Positions 1 to 11,344 of a DNA stretch of 43,995 bases are shown piece after piece. The notes under the pieces are model-generated. The model did no database searches, was not told the origin of the DNA, and saw only the letters and a list, made by a program, of their open reading frames with translations. The position numbers and the translations under genes are program-made. The stretch is from Actinomycetes bacterium (lineage in GTDB: Bacteria; Actinomycetota; CALGFH01), in the NCBI GenBank assembly GCA_044870185.1, contig JBIOYL010000098.1, positions 1-43,995 on the forward strand, in the 5' to 3' direction. How positions within the stretch are numbered: position 1 is the first letter of the stretch; each line of letters begins with the position of its first letter.

Positions 1-1
1 C

Positions 2-760
2 TACCGGCTGGAGAACGGCCAGGTCGGCTTCAAGGAACGCGACGTGGTCGACCTGCTGGAGCTGTACGGCGTCAGCGACCAGGACGAGGTCACGGCGTTC
101 GTCGACATCGCGCTGGAGGCCAACACGCCCGGCTGGTGGTTCCAGTACAGCGACATCCTGCCCCAGTGGTTCAGGGCCTACGTGGACCTGGAGTCTGCCG
201 CCACGCTGATCCGCAGCTACGAGGGCCAGCTGGTCCCCGGGCTGCTGCAGACCGAGGACTACATGCGCGCAGTGATCCGCGGCGCCCACGTCGGCCAGGC
301 GCCGGAGGAGGCGGAGCGTGAGGTGGAACGGCGGGTCAGGCTACGGCTGACCCGCCAGACGCTGCTGACGCGACCGGACGCGCCGATGCTGTGGGCGGTG
401 GTGGACGAGGCGGTGTTGCGGCGGCCGGTCGGCGGCGCCGAGGTGATGCGCGCCCAGCTCGAGCGGCTGATCGAGGCCACCAAGCTGCCGAACGTCACGC
501 TGCAGATCCTGCCGTTCGGCGTCGGCGCGCACCCCGCCATGGTCGGCGCGTTCAGCATCCTGCGGTTTCCCGACGAGGAGCTGCCGGACGCCGTCTACCT
601 CGAGCATCTGACCAGCGCCCTGTACCTCAACAAGCGTGAGGATGTCGACCAGTACCTGCACGTGATGGAGAACGTCTGCGTCCGCAGCGCGCCGCCGGAC
701 AACACCGTCGAGATCCTCACCAGGATCCTCAACGCCGGCGGCGCCGGCCGCTCCGGCTAG
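2..760 (+). CDS. XRE-family HTH regulator with C-terminal DUF5753 domain (Scr1-like); 5' end lies outside the window
   Basis: Frame 2 is open from the window edge (YRLENGQVGFKERDVVDLLELYGV...). 'GWWFQYSDILPQWFRAYVDLESAA...SYEGQLVPGLLQTEDY' is the signature I associate with DUF5753 partners of DUF397 proteins. TAG at 758-760. Confidence 0.85.
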   Translation, partial: YRLENGQVGFKERDVVDLLELYGVSDQDEVTAFVDIALEANTPGWWFQYSDILPQWFRAYVDLESAATLIRSYEGQLVPGLLQTEDYMRAVIRGAHVGQAPEEAEREVERRVRLRLTRQTLLTRPDAPMLWAVVDEAVLRRPVGGAEVMRAQLERLIEATKLPNVTLQILPFGVGAHPAMVGAFSILRFPDEELPDAVYLEHLTSALYLNKREDVDQYLHVMENVCVRSAPPDNTVEILTRILNAGGAGRSG

Positions 761-1008
761 CGGAGCAGGTCGTCGAAGTCGCCGTCCTTGACGCCCTCGA
801 GGAACGCGCGGATCTCGGCCTTGCTGAAGATCAGCGCCGGCCCCTCCGGGTGGCGGGAGTTGCGAACCGCGACCTCGTCGCCTGCCAGCTTGGCCGTCTC
901 GACGCAGTTGCCTTGGGCGCTGCTGCGCCCGCTCTTCCACCAGCTCGCCCCCGGCAGCTCCCTGGCGAGCATGCCGTTGTACGTCGCTGGCCCTGCGCCT
1001 TCCTGCAT
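757..1008 (-). CDS. DUF397 domain-containing protein
   Basis: 'ASWWKSGRSSAQGNCVETAKLAGDEVAVRNSRHPEGPALIFSKAEIRAFLEGVKDGDFD' matches the DUF397 pattern (W.KS..S...gnCVE.A....v.vRdS). ATG at 1006-1008 is preceded by GGAGAGGGG. The longer 114-aa ORF start looks spurious. Confidence 0.85.
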   Translation of the reverse strand: MQEGAGPATYNGMLARELPGASWWKSGRSSAQGNCVETAKLAGDEVAVRNSRHPEGPALIFSKAEIRAFLEGVKDGDFDDLLR

Positions 1009-1246
1009 CACGACCCCTCTCCTCGTCGCGGCCCTCGCCAACGGATGTTGGCCGCCATAGGGCCCGCCGCCTGCCATGCACCTGGCTGCTGCACTTGCCA
1101 TCCGGCACTTGCATCCGCACTTGGCGCAGTGGGATCATAACGCATCGCAAGCAGCGCGCAAGATCGCGTCGAACCGGACGTAGCCGCCAGGACGCGATGG
1201 GGGTCGTCATGGCACACACGAACACCGGCACCGGCCGCGCGGACCT

Positions 1247-1570
1247 ATGAGCCCGTGGCGGCGTCGTCGGGCCGAGCCGCCCGCCGAGCAGGGGCTCGCC
1301 GCCGCCGAGCGGGCGGCCCTCGAGCAGCTCGGGGCGGCCGACGGATACGTCACGCGCTGGCCGGTCGGACGCACAGTGACCCGCTCGCTCGCCAACCGCC
1401 GGCTCGTCCTGGTCGCACCCGACTACGTGCTGCTGACCGAGGCCGGCCGCCGCGCCCTTGCCGGCAACGGCGAGCCGCCCGAGCGTCCTGCGCCACCGAG
1501 GCCGAGCCGGGCAAGCCACGCCCTCCCGCACGACGGGCGCCAGGCGGCCGGTCGCGGCTCGCCCGCGTAG
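1247..1570 (+). CDS. hypothetical small protein
   Basis: 107-codon ORF with genome-typical G/C-ending codons. No recognisable motif and only a weak RBS. Confidence 0.35.
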   Translation: MSPWRRRRAEPPAEQGLAAAERAALEQLGAADGYVTRWPVGRTVTRSLANRRLVLVAPDYVLLTEAGRRALAGNGEPPERPAPPRPSRASHALPHDGRQAAGRGSPA

Positions 1571-1850
1571 CAGCCCTCGCTACCAGCCCTCGGCGTACTC
1601 CTGGTCGGTCACCGGGTCACCCCACGTCGGCGCGCCGCCGATGTTCACCGAGACGTGCGCCATCGGGCTGTCGGGTCCGCCGCCGTGGTCGTGCCACTCC
1701 CCCGGGCGGGATGGAGGTGCCGGGGCGCCCCCACGATGCGGACCATCGACCGGGACAGCGGCCCGCGTCGTTGGGGGAATTGCCCTGACGGGGCAGGTGT
1801 TTCCGCTCACGGCCCGCGGATAGCCCAACGGTTCACGAGGAGCGGCCACG

Positions 1851-2786
1851 ATGAGCGACAGGCAGCGGGTGCGGGTGGGGCGGCGGACCGTCGAGCTCTC
1901 CAACGCCGGCAAGGTCCTGTACCCCGACAACGGCATCACCAAAGGCGACCTGGTCGACTACTACCGGCAGGTGGCCGAGACGATGCTGCCCCATCTGCGC
2001 GGGCGTCCGGTCAGCATGGAGCGCTACCCGGACGGCATCACCGCCCAGCGGATCGTGCAGCAGGACGCGCCCGACTACTTCCCCGACTGGATCGAGCAGG
2101 TCCAGGTGGAAAAGCAGGGCGGCACGCTGCGCCACGTCGTGTGCGAGCAGGCGGCCACGCTAGTGTACCTAGCCAACCAGGCGTGCGTCACCCCCCACGT
2201 GTGGCTGTCGCGGGCGGACCGGCCCCACCATCCCGACCAGATGATCTTCGACCTCGACCCGGCCGGGCCGGACTTCGAGGCGGCCCGGGTCGCGGCCCTG
2301 TCGCTGCGGTCGCTGCTGGCGGAGCTGGGGCTGTCGTCGTTCGCCAAGACCACCGGCGGCAAGGGCATCCACCTGACCGTGCCGCTGGATCGCCGGGCCG
2401 GCTTCGACCCGGCGCGGCAGTTCGCCCGCGACGTGGCCGCCCTGCTCGCCCGGCGCGACCCGCAACGGCTCACCGACCAGCAGCGCAAGGACAAGCGTGG
2501 CGGCCGGCTCTACGTGGACGTCATGCGCAACGCCTACGCGCAGACCGCCGTGCCGCCGTATGCGGCCAGGGCCAAGCCGGGCGCCACCGTGGCCACGCCG
2601 CTGACCTGGGACGAGGTCGCCGACCCCTCGCTGCACCCGTCCCGGTTCACCATCAGGACGATCCCCGGCCGGCTCGACCAGGTCAACGACCCCTGGCGGG
2701 GCCTGCGCCGCCGGCGCCACGCGCTCACCCCGGCCCGCAAGCGCCTCGACGCCCTCCTCGCGGCGGCCCCATCCCCGCGGGGTTGA
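1851..2786 (+). CDS. standalone NHEJ polymerase/primase domain protein (LigD PolDom-like)
   Basis: 'VELSNAGKVLYPDNGITKGDLVDYYRQVAETMLPHLRGRPVSMERYPDG', 'MIFDLDP' and 'KTTGGKGIHLTVPL' are archaeo-eukaryotic-primase motifs of LigD polymerase domains. GAGGAG lies 8 nt upstream of the ATG. Confidence 0.85.
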   Translation: MSDRQRVRVGRRTVELSNAGKVLYPDNGITKGDLVDYYRQVAETMLPHLRGRPVSMERYPDGITAQRIVQQDAPDYFPDWIEQVQVEKQGGTLRHVVCEQAATLVYLANQACVTPHVWLSRADRPHHPDQMIFDLDPAGPDFEAARVAALSLRSLLAELGLSSFAKTTGGKGIHLTVPLDRRAGFDPARQFARDVAALLARRDPQRLTDQQRKDKRGGRLYVDVMRNAYAQTAVPPYAARAKPGATVATPLTWDEVADPSLHPSRFTIRTIPGRLDQVNDPWRGLRRRRHALTPARKRLDALLAAAPSPRG

Positions 2787-2792
2787 CCGCGT

Positions 2793-3311
2793 TCAGCTCA
2801 CGAACCTGATGCTGAGCGGGTACCGGTACGCCTCGCCGTTGCCGGCCCTGACGCCCGCGATGACCGTCAGGATGAGCCAGGCGATCCCGATCGCCGTGAG
2901 CAGGAAGAACCCCACCACGACGAGCACGAGGACGACGCTGATCAGCACGCCGATGAACACCGAGAGGTTGAAGTTCAGCGCCTCGCGGCTCTGGTCGGCG
3001 ATGAACGGGTGCTCGTCTCGCTTGACCAGGTAGACGAGCAGCGGGCCAAGCCAGTTGAAGCCGATGACCAGCCCGGCCAGAGCCGACAGGTGGGCGAGCA
3101 TCGCCCACTGGCGGGCGTTGGCATCCGCGGCCGCAGGCGTCATGCCGGTCGGGCCCTGCGACGACCAGGCCGGCGGCGGTGGCGGCGGTGATGCCGGTGG
3201 CGGTGGTGGCACGGCCCCCGAGGGCGGGGAGGCCGGCGGCGGGACCTGCGGTGGCGGCTCGCCCGGGAAACGACCGGGCCGGCCAGGCTCGTCGGGGGTC
3301 GGATCGCTCAT
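2793..3311 (-). CDS. DUF4870-like membrane protein with Pro-rich N-terminus
   Basis: 'WAMLAHLSALAGLVIGFNWLGPLLVYLVKRDEHPFIADQSREALNFNLSVFI' plus further TM helices. GGAG lies 6 nt upstream of the ATG. Confidence 0.75.
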   Translation of the reverse strand: MSDPTPDEPGRPGRFPGEPPPQVPPPASPPSGAVPPPPPASPPPPPPAWSSQGPTGMTPAAADANARQWAMLAHLSALAGLVIGFNWLGPLLVYLVKRDEHPFIADQSREALNFNLSVFIGVLISVVLVLVVVGFFLLTAIGIAWLILTVIAGVRAGNGEAYRYPLSIRFVS

Positions 3312-3432
3312 GTTCGGCTCCTGTCTTTGGGGTCCGTCCGCTCAATCTTCTCCCTGGCCGAGGGGAAGGCAAGTGCCTGGTGGCGACCCGACGGCATCGA
3401 CCCGGACGGTGACGAACGGCTGCCGGGCGGGC

Positions 3433-3984
3433 TCAGACTCCCGCCGTGCCCCCGCCCGCGATCCCCCCGGCGCCGTCGACCCGCTTGCGCAGCTCGGTGA
3501 GCTCCTCGGTCAGGCGGTCGAGCTGGTCGTCCAGGTAGTCACGGGTCGGCATCTCGCCGAGCGCCAGCCGGATGGCGGCCAGCTCGCGGGTCATGTACTC
3601 GGTGTCGGCCAGGGCGCGGGCGTTGGTCCGGCGGTCGGTCTCGGCCTGGATGCGGTCACGCTCGGCCTGGCGGTTCTGGGCGAGCAGGATGAACGGCGCC
3701 GCGTAGGCCGCCTGCGTCGAGAAGGCCAGGTTGAGCAGGATGAACGGGTAGGGGTCGAACGGCAGGTGGTGCAGCACCCGACTGGCCACGTAGCCGTTGT
3801 AGAGGATCCAGAAGAACACGAGGATCGTCTGGATGATGAGGAAGGCGGCCGTGCCGAAGAAGCGCGCCACCCGCTCGGAGATCCGGCCGAAGGCGTCCGG
3901 GTCGTAGAGGGCGGGGAACTCGAACCCCCGCCGCCGGGGGGCGGCGAGGTTGGCCCGGCGCCGCCGGGTCGTCTGCACGCTCAC
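3433..3984 (-). CDS. DUF1003 family membrane protein
   Basis: Only the last 183 codons of the 623-aa ORF make sense: two TM helices (FFGTAAFLIIQTILVFFWILYN; YPFILLNLAFSTQAAYAAPFILLAQNRQ) and a C-terminal coiled coil. GTG at 3982-3984 overlaps the upstream TGA (GTGA). Confidence 0.8.
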   Translation of the reverse strand: MSVQTTRRRRANLAAPRRRGFEFPALYDPDAFGRISERVARFFGTAAFLIIQTILVFFWILYNGYVASRVLHHLPFDPYPFILLNLAFSTQAAYAAPFILLAQNRQAERDRIQAETDRRTNARALADTEYMTRELAAIRLALGEMPTRDYLDDQLDRLTEELTELRKRVDGAGGIAGGGTAGV

Positions 3985-5294
3985 CGTCCCCGCCCCCCGT
4001 CCCCGCTCTCGCCGTTGGCGTTGGCGTTGCCGTTGCCGCGCCCGGCGGACGCCGTCCGGGCGCGGGCCGGGCCCTTGCGCCAGGCCGCCGGCAGCAGATG
4101 GTCGAGCACATCGTCGACGGACACGGCGCCGAGCAGCCGCCCGGCCGGGTCGCACACCGGAGCCGCCAGCAGGTCGTAGGTGGCCAGGTACTCGGCCACC
4201 CGACGGGTGGGGGCCTCCGGCGACAGGGTGCCAAGGTCGGTGTCGATGACCGCGCCGACCTCCTCGCTCGGCGGTTCCCGCAGCAGCCGCTGGAAGTGCG
4301 CCACGCCGAGGTAGCGGCCGGTCGGCGTCTCGGTCGGCGGGCGCACGACGAACACCTGGCCGGCAAGCGCCGGCGGCAGGTCGGGGTTGCGGATCCGGGC
4401 GAGCGCCTCGGCGACCGTGTCGGATGCCCGCATGACCACCGGGTCGGTGGTCATGAGGCCGCCGGCCGTCTCCTCGTCGTAGGCCAGTAGCCGGCGGATC
4501 GGCTCGGCCTCGTCGGGCTCCATCAGGGCGAGATAGTGGGTGGCCGCCACCTGGTCGTGCAGCCCCTTGAGCAGGTCGGTGGCGTCGTCCGGGTCCATCT
4601 CGGCGAGCACGTCGGCCGCCCGCTCCTCGTCCAGCCAGGCGAGCAGGCTGGCCTGGTCCTCCTCGGGCAGCTCCTCGAGCGCCTCGGCCAGGCGGTCGTC
4701 GTCCAGGCCGGCGACCACCTGGCGACGCGAGGCCGGCGGCAGGGCCTGGAGCGCGTCGGCCAGATCGGCCGGGCGCAGGTTGGCCAGGGCGGCGATGCGG
4801 CTCTCGGCCGAGTTGCTGGCGCGCAGGTCGGCGACCATCTCCCAGGCCAGGCGCTGGCGGCCCGCCCGCCGCCAGGGTGCCAGGCCGCGGGTGGGCACCA
4901 GCACGTCGACGGCGCTGATGTGCCAGCCCTCGCGTTTGCGCGTGATGGCCACGTCGTTGATGCGCAGCGGCTGCCCGGTCTCGGCATGCCGGACGTCCTG
5001 GTCCAGCAGCTCGCCGAGCACGAGCGTCTCGCCGGTGCGCTTCTCGAAGGTGCGCAGGTTCACGTTCCCGGTCGTCAGCCGCACCCCGTCGGCGCCCAGG
5101 TCGCTGACCTTGCCCATGGATACGAACACCGGCCGGCGCAGGATGGAGATGACCAGCCCGAGCACGACCGACGGCGTCCCACCCCAGCCGAGCGCGACCA
5201 CGACGTCCTGCACCCGGCCGACCTCCTCGCCGCTCGGCCCGTAGACGGGCAGATTTCGCAGACGTGAGACGAAGAGCTGCTCGCTTGGCGACAC
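3981..5294 (-). CDS. MgtE N-terminal domain + CBS pair protein lacking the MgtE membrane domain
   Basis: 'LRPADLADALQALPP...LDDDRLAEALEELPEEDQASLLAWLDEERAADVLAEMDPDDATDLL' is MgtE_N-like. It is followed by CBS-like 'MTTDPVVMRASDTVAEALARIR' and 'VCDPAGRLLGAVSVDDVLDHLLP', with no TM segment. GGGAGG is upstream of the GTG. Confidence 0.8.
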   Translation of the reverse strand: MSPSEQLFVSRLRNLPVYGPSGEEVGRVQDVVVALGWGGTPSVVLGLVISILRRPVFVSMGKVSDLGADGVRLTTGNVNLRTFEKRTGETLVLGELLDQDVRHAETGQPLRINDVAITRKREGWHISAVDVLVPTRGLAPWRRAGRQRLAWEMVADLRASNSAESRIAALANLRPADLADALQALPPASRRQVVAGLDDDRLAEALEELPEEDQASLLAWLDEERAADVLAEMDPDDATDLLKGLHDQVAATHYLALMEPDEAEPIRRLLAYDEETAGGLMTTDPVVMRASDTVAEALARIRNPDLPPALAGQVFVVRPPTETPTGRYLGVAHFQRLLREPPSEEVGAVIDTDLGTLSPEAPTRRVAEYLATYDLLAAPVCDPAGRLLGAVSVDDVLDHLLPAAWRKGPARARTASAGRGNGNANANGESGDGGRGR

Positions 5295-5427
5295 GGCGGG
5301 TCACCTCCCACAGGGTCGGGCGGCCACCTGGGCGGCCGGGCAGGCGCGCCCGCAGCCGGGCGGCGCCGGTCGGCGGGCGTTGGCTTGGTCAGCGGAATGC
5401 GTCGGGACGCTCGGGGTCGAGCTGCAC

Positions 5428-5453
5428 GGCCGCGGTGGTCTCCGGTCGCGGCC
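5428..5453 (-). terminator. possible metH terminator hairpin
   Basis: GGCCGCG (5428-5434) pairs with CGCGGCC (5447-5453) around a 12-nt loop, about 55 nt downstream of the metH stop. No U-tract. Confidence 0.3.
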
Positions 5454-5509
5454 ATCTCCTCCGGGGCCCGAAGCTTGAGGATAGCCGACAACGACCTCGC
5501 CTTGCCGGG

Positions 5510-8965
<3,456 letters not shown>

Positions 8966-9021
8966 GCGGCCAAGCGTAGCCGATGCGCCCGGCCCCTTCA
9001 GCCGCAGACGCCGGCACCCCA

Positions 9022-9105
9022 GGCCGGCGCTCCGGGCCGGCCGGTGCTCCGGGCCGGCCGGCGGCTCCGGTCGGCGCTTCGGGCCGGCGCTCCGGGGCGG
9101 CGCGA
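9022..9105. repeat. degenerate GC-rich tandem repeat in the metH / CPBP divergent intergenic region
   Basis: About five units of GGCCGG(CCGG)YGCTCCG read directly from the sequence. Units contain GGCCGG/CCGGCC self-complementary cores. Confidence 0.6.
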
Positions 9106-9120
9106 CGTACCCTCTGACCT

Positions 9121-9888
9121 GTGACCCGACGCGACCTCCCCGACAGCCGGCGGCTCGGCCCGGCCGTCCGGCTCCCGCCGCGCAAGGTGCTGCGCGACGA
9201 GGTGCTGCTGGTGCTGGCGCTGTCGCTGGCCGCCTCGGCCGCCTACGCGCTGGTCGACCTGCTCACCCGGCCGGTCAAGGGCGCCGCCGCCCCGGTGTTC
9301 ACCGCGGCGCCGCTGGTCTACCAGCTGCTCGACATCGCGACCTCGCTCGTGCCGGTCGGGCTCGCCGTCCACTTCCTGCACCGCAGCCGCGAGTCGGCGG
9401 CCACCATCGGGCTCGACGCCAGCCGGCCGGGCGCCGACACCGCCCTCGGCGTGCTCCTGGCCGCGGCGGTCGGCGCCGTCGGCCTGGGCATGTACGCGGG
9501 GGCGGTGCAGCTCGGCGTCAACCGGTTCGTGATCCCCACCCCGCCGCTGGGGCGCTGGTGGACGGTGCCGGTGCTGCTGCTGGCGGCGGCCCGCAGCGGC
9601 CTGCTGGAGGAGGTCATCGACTGCGGCTACCTGCTGCACCGGCTCGGCCAGCTCGGCTGGGGCCCCGGCCGGGCGGTGGCCGCCAGCGCCCTGCTGCGCG
9701 CCTCCTACCACCTCTACCAGGGCCTGGGCGGCTTCGTCGGCAACCTCGCCCTCGGCGTGTTCTTCGGCGCCATCTGGCAGCGCAGCCGGCGCACCACCCC
9801 GCTGGTGATCGCGCACTTCCTGATCGACACCGCCGCCGGGCTCGGCTATATCGCCCTGCGCGGCAAGGTGGCCTGGCTGCCGAGGTGA
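9121..9888 (+). CDS. CPBP family intramembrane glutamic endopeptidase (CAAX/Abi-like)
   Basis: Multi-TM protein with 'LLEEVIDCGYLL' (EExxx motif), 'SYHLYQG' and 'AHFLID' His motifs. GTG start. Confidence 0.8.
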   Translation: MTRRDLPDSRRLGPAVRLPPRKVLRDEVLLVLALSLAASAAYALVDLLTRPVKGAAAPVFTAAPLVYQLLDIATSLVPVGLAVHFLHRSRESAATIGLDASRPGADTALGVLLAAAVGAVGLGMYAGAVQLGVNRFVIPTPPLGRWWTVPVLLLAAARSGLLEEVIDCGYLLHRLGQLGWGPGRAVAASALLRASYHLYQGLGGFVGNLALGVFFGAIWQRSRRTTPLVIAHFLIDTAAGLGYIALRGKVAWLPR

Positions 9889-9894
9889 CGCAGG

Positions 9895-11301
9895 TCAGTA
9901 GCGGTAGCCGCCCTGGACCTTGCCGGCCAGGCGGCGGGCGCACTCCTGGATCGACCCGGCCAGCGACGGGTAGACCTGGAAGGCGTGGGCGAGCTGGCTG
10001 GCCGTCAGGCGGTTGAAGATGGCGGCCGAGACCGGCGCGATCAGGTCGGAGGCGTAGCCGGCGACCACCGCGCCGCCGACGATCGTGCCCGAGCCGGGCC
10101 GGGCCAGCAGCTTGACGAACCCGTCCCGCTGGTTGGCCATCTTGGCCCGCGAGTTGCCGGCCAGCGGCAGGGTGTCGACCACCACCTCGATGTTGGCGGC
10201 GGCGGCGTACTGCTCGGACAGCCCGACGGTCGCGATCTGCGGGTCGGTGAAGATGGTCGCCGCCACCGCGTCCCAGCGCAGCGGCGCGACCGCCTGGCCG
10301 AGGAAGTGCCACATGGCGATGCGGCCCTGCATGGCGGCGACCGAGGCGAGCATGAGCTTGCCGGTGACGTCGCCGGCCGCGTAGATGCTCGGGATGCTGG
10401 TGCGGCTCACCCCATCGGTGACGATGCCGCCGCGCTCGTCGAGCTTGACGCCGAGCTCGGTCAGGCCGAGCCCCGCGCTCTGGGGGACCTGGCCGACCGT
10501 GAGCAGCACGTGGCTGCCCTCGAGCGTGCGCCCGTCCTCCAGGTGCACGACCCCACGGTCGCCCACGCGCACCACCTTGGCCGCCCTGGCCCGCTTGATG
10601 GTCTCCAGGCCGCGGCGCTCGAACACCTCCTCGACGACCAGGGCGGCGTCGGCGTCCTCGGCCGGCAGCACGCGGTCGCGGCTGACCACGAAGGTGACCT
10701 GGGCGCCGAAACGCAGGAAGGCGGTCGCGTACTCGGCGCCGGTGGCCCCGGCGCCCACCACGATCAGGTGCTCGGGCACCTGCTTGAGGTCGTAGACGTC
10801 CTTGCTGGACAGGATCACCTCGCCGTCGGGCGGCGCGGTGGCCAGGCGGCGCGGGTCCGAGCCGGTGGCGACCAGGATGGCGTCGCTGTCCAGCCGGTCG
10901 CCGGACCCGTTGGCGCTCACCTCGACCGTGTGCGGACCGGCGACCCTGGCGTGGCCGGCGAGCACCCGCACGCCGTCGGCCTCCACCCGCGTGCGGATGT
11001 CGTCGGACTGCGCCCGGGCGAGCGCGCGCACGCGCTCCATGATGGTCGGCAGGTCGACCTCGTAGCGGGGGACGCCACGCGAGCGCACACCCTCGAAGTG
11101 CACGCCGAGGCTCGGGGCGGTCTCCAGGGTCGAGAACGCCTGCGCCGAGGTGAGCAGCGTCTTGGACGGCACGCAGTCCCACAGCACGCAGTTGCCGCCG
11201 AGGCCCTCGTCGGTGACGAGCGTGACCTCGGCGCCCAGCTCGGCCGCGACCAGGGCCGCCTCGTAGCCGCCCGGACCGCCACCGACGATGGTCACGCGCA
11301 T
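9895..11301 (-). CDS. pyridine nucleotide-disulfide oxidoreductase, LpdA-like NAD(P)H-quinone/dihydrolipoyl dehydrogenase family
   Basis: 'VGGGPGGYEAA' FAD fold, redox pair 'GGNCVLWDCVPSK', second Rossmann 'VVGAGATGAEYA' and a C-terminal dimerisation region. Confidence 0.85.
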   Translation of the reverse strand: MRVTIVGGGPGGYEAALVAAELGAEVTLVTDEGLGGNCVLWDCVPSKTLLTSAQAFSTLETAPSLGVHFEGVRSRGVPRYEVDLPTIMERVRALARAQSDDIRTRVEADGVRVLAGHARVAGPHTVEVSANGSGDRLDSDAILVATGSDPRRLATAPPDGEVILSSKDVYDLKQVPEHLIVVGAGATGAEYATAFLRFGAQVTFVVSRDRVLPAEDADAALVVEEVFERRGLETIKRARAAKVVRVGDRGVVHLEDGRTLEGSHVLLTVGQVPQSAGLGLTELGVKLDERGGIVTDGVSRTSIPSIYAAGDVTGKLMLASVAAMQGRIAMWHFLGQAVAPLRWDAVAATIFTDPQIATVGLSEQYAAAANIEVVVDTLPLAGNSRAKMANQRDGFVKLLARPGSGTIVGGAVVAGYASDLIAPVSAAIFNRLTASQLAHAFQVYPSLAGSIQECARRLAGKVQGGYRY

Positions 11302-11340
11302 GCTGCGATACTACCGAGCCAGCTCCTGTCCCAACCGTTC
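11302..11340 (-). promoter_or_regulatory. possible -10 element for a leaderless lpdA-like transcript
   Basis: On the minus strand TAGTAT (11308-11313) lies 6 nt upstream of the ATG at 11299-11301. There is no convincing -35. Confidence 0.3.
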
Positions 11341-11344
11341 CTAA

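Noticed and set aside
1580-1942. 120-aa minus-strand ORF ending 'MAHVSVNIGGAPTWGDPVTDQEYAEGW'
   Set aside because: It overlaps the LigD PolDom start and its upstream region. Most of it is Arg/Pro-rich, and only the last ~27 codons look protein-like. It has no RBS or motif, so it may be a gene remnant at best.
3985-5304. N-terminal 440 codons of the 623-aa ORF 3433..5304
   Set aside because: This part is an out-of-frame overlap of the MgtE_N/CBS gene (Arg/Gly/Pro-rich). Only the last 183 codons, from GTG 3984, look like a real DUF1003 protein.
5295-5427. M-box (Mg2+) riboswitch upstream of the MgtE_N/CBS gene
   Set aside because: I could see no recognisable M-box conserved segments. The leader is short once the putative metH terminator hairpin is subtracted.
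8966-9120. Possible cobalamin, SAM or SAH riboswitch upstream of metH
   Set aside because: I could not find a B12 box or the conserved cores of SAM-IV or SAH elements by eye. The region is dominated by a GC-rich degenerate repeat. It needs an Infernal scan to be sure.
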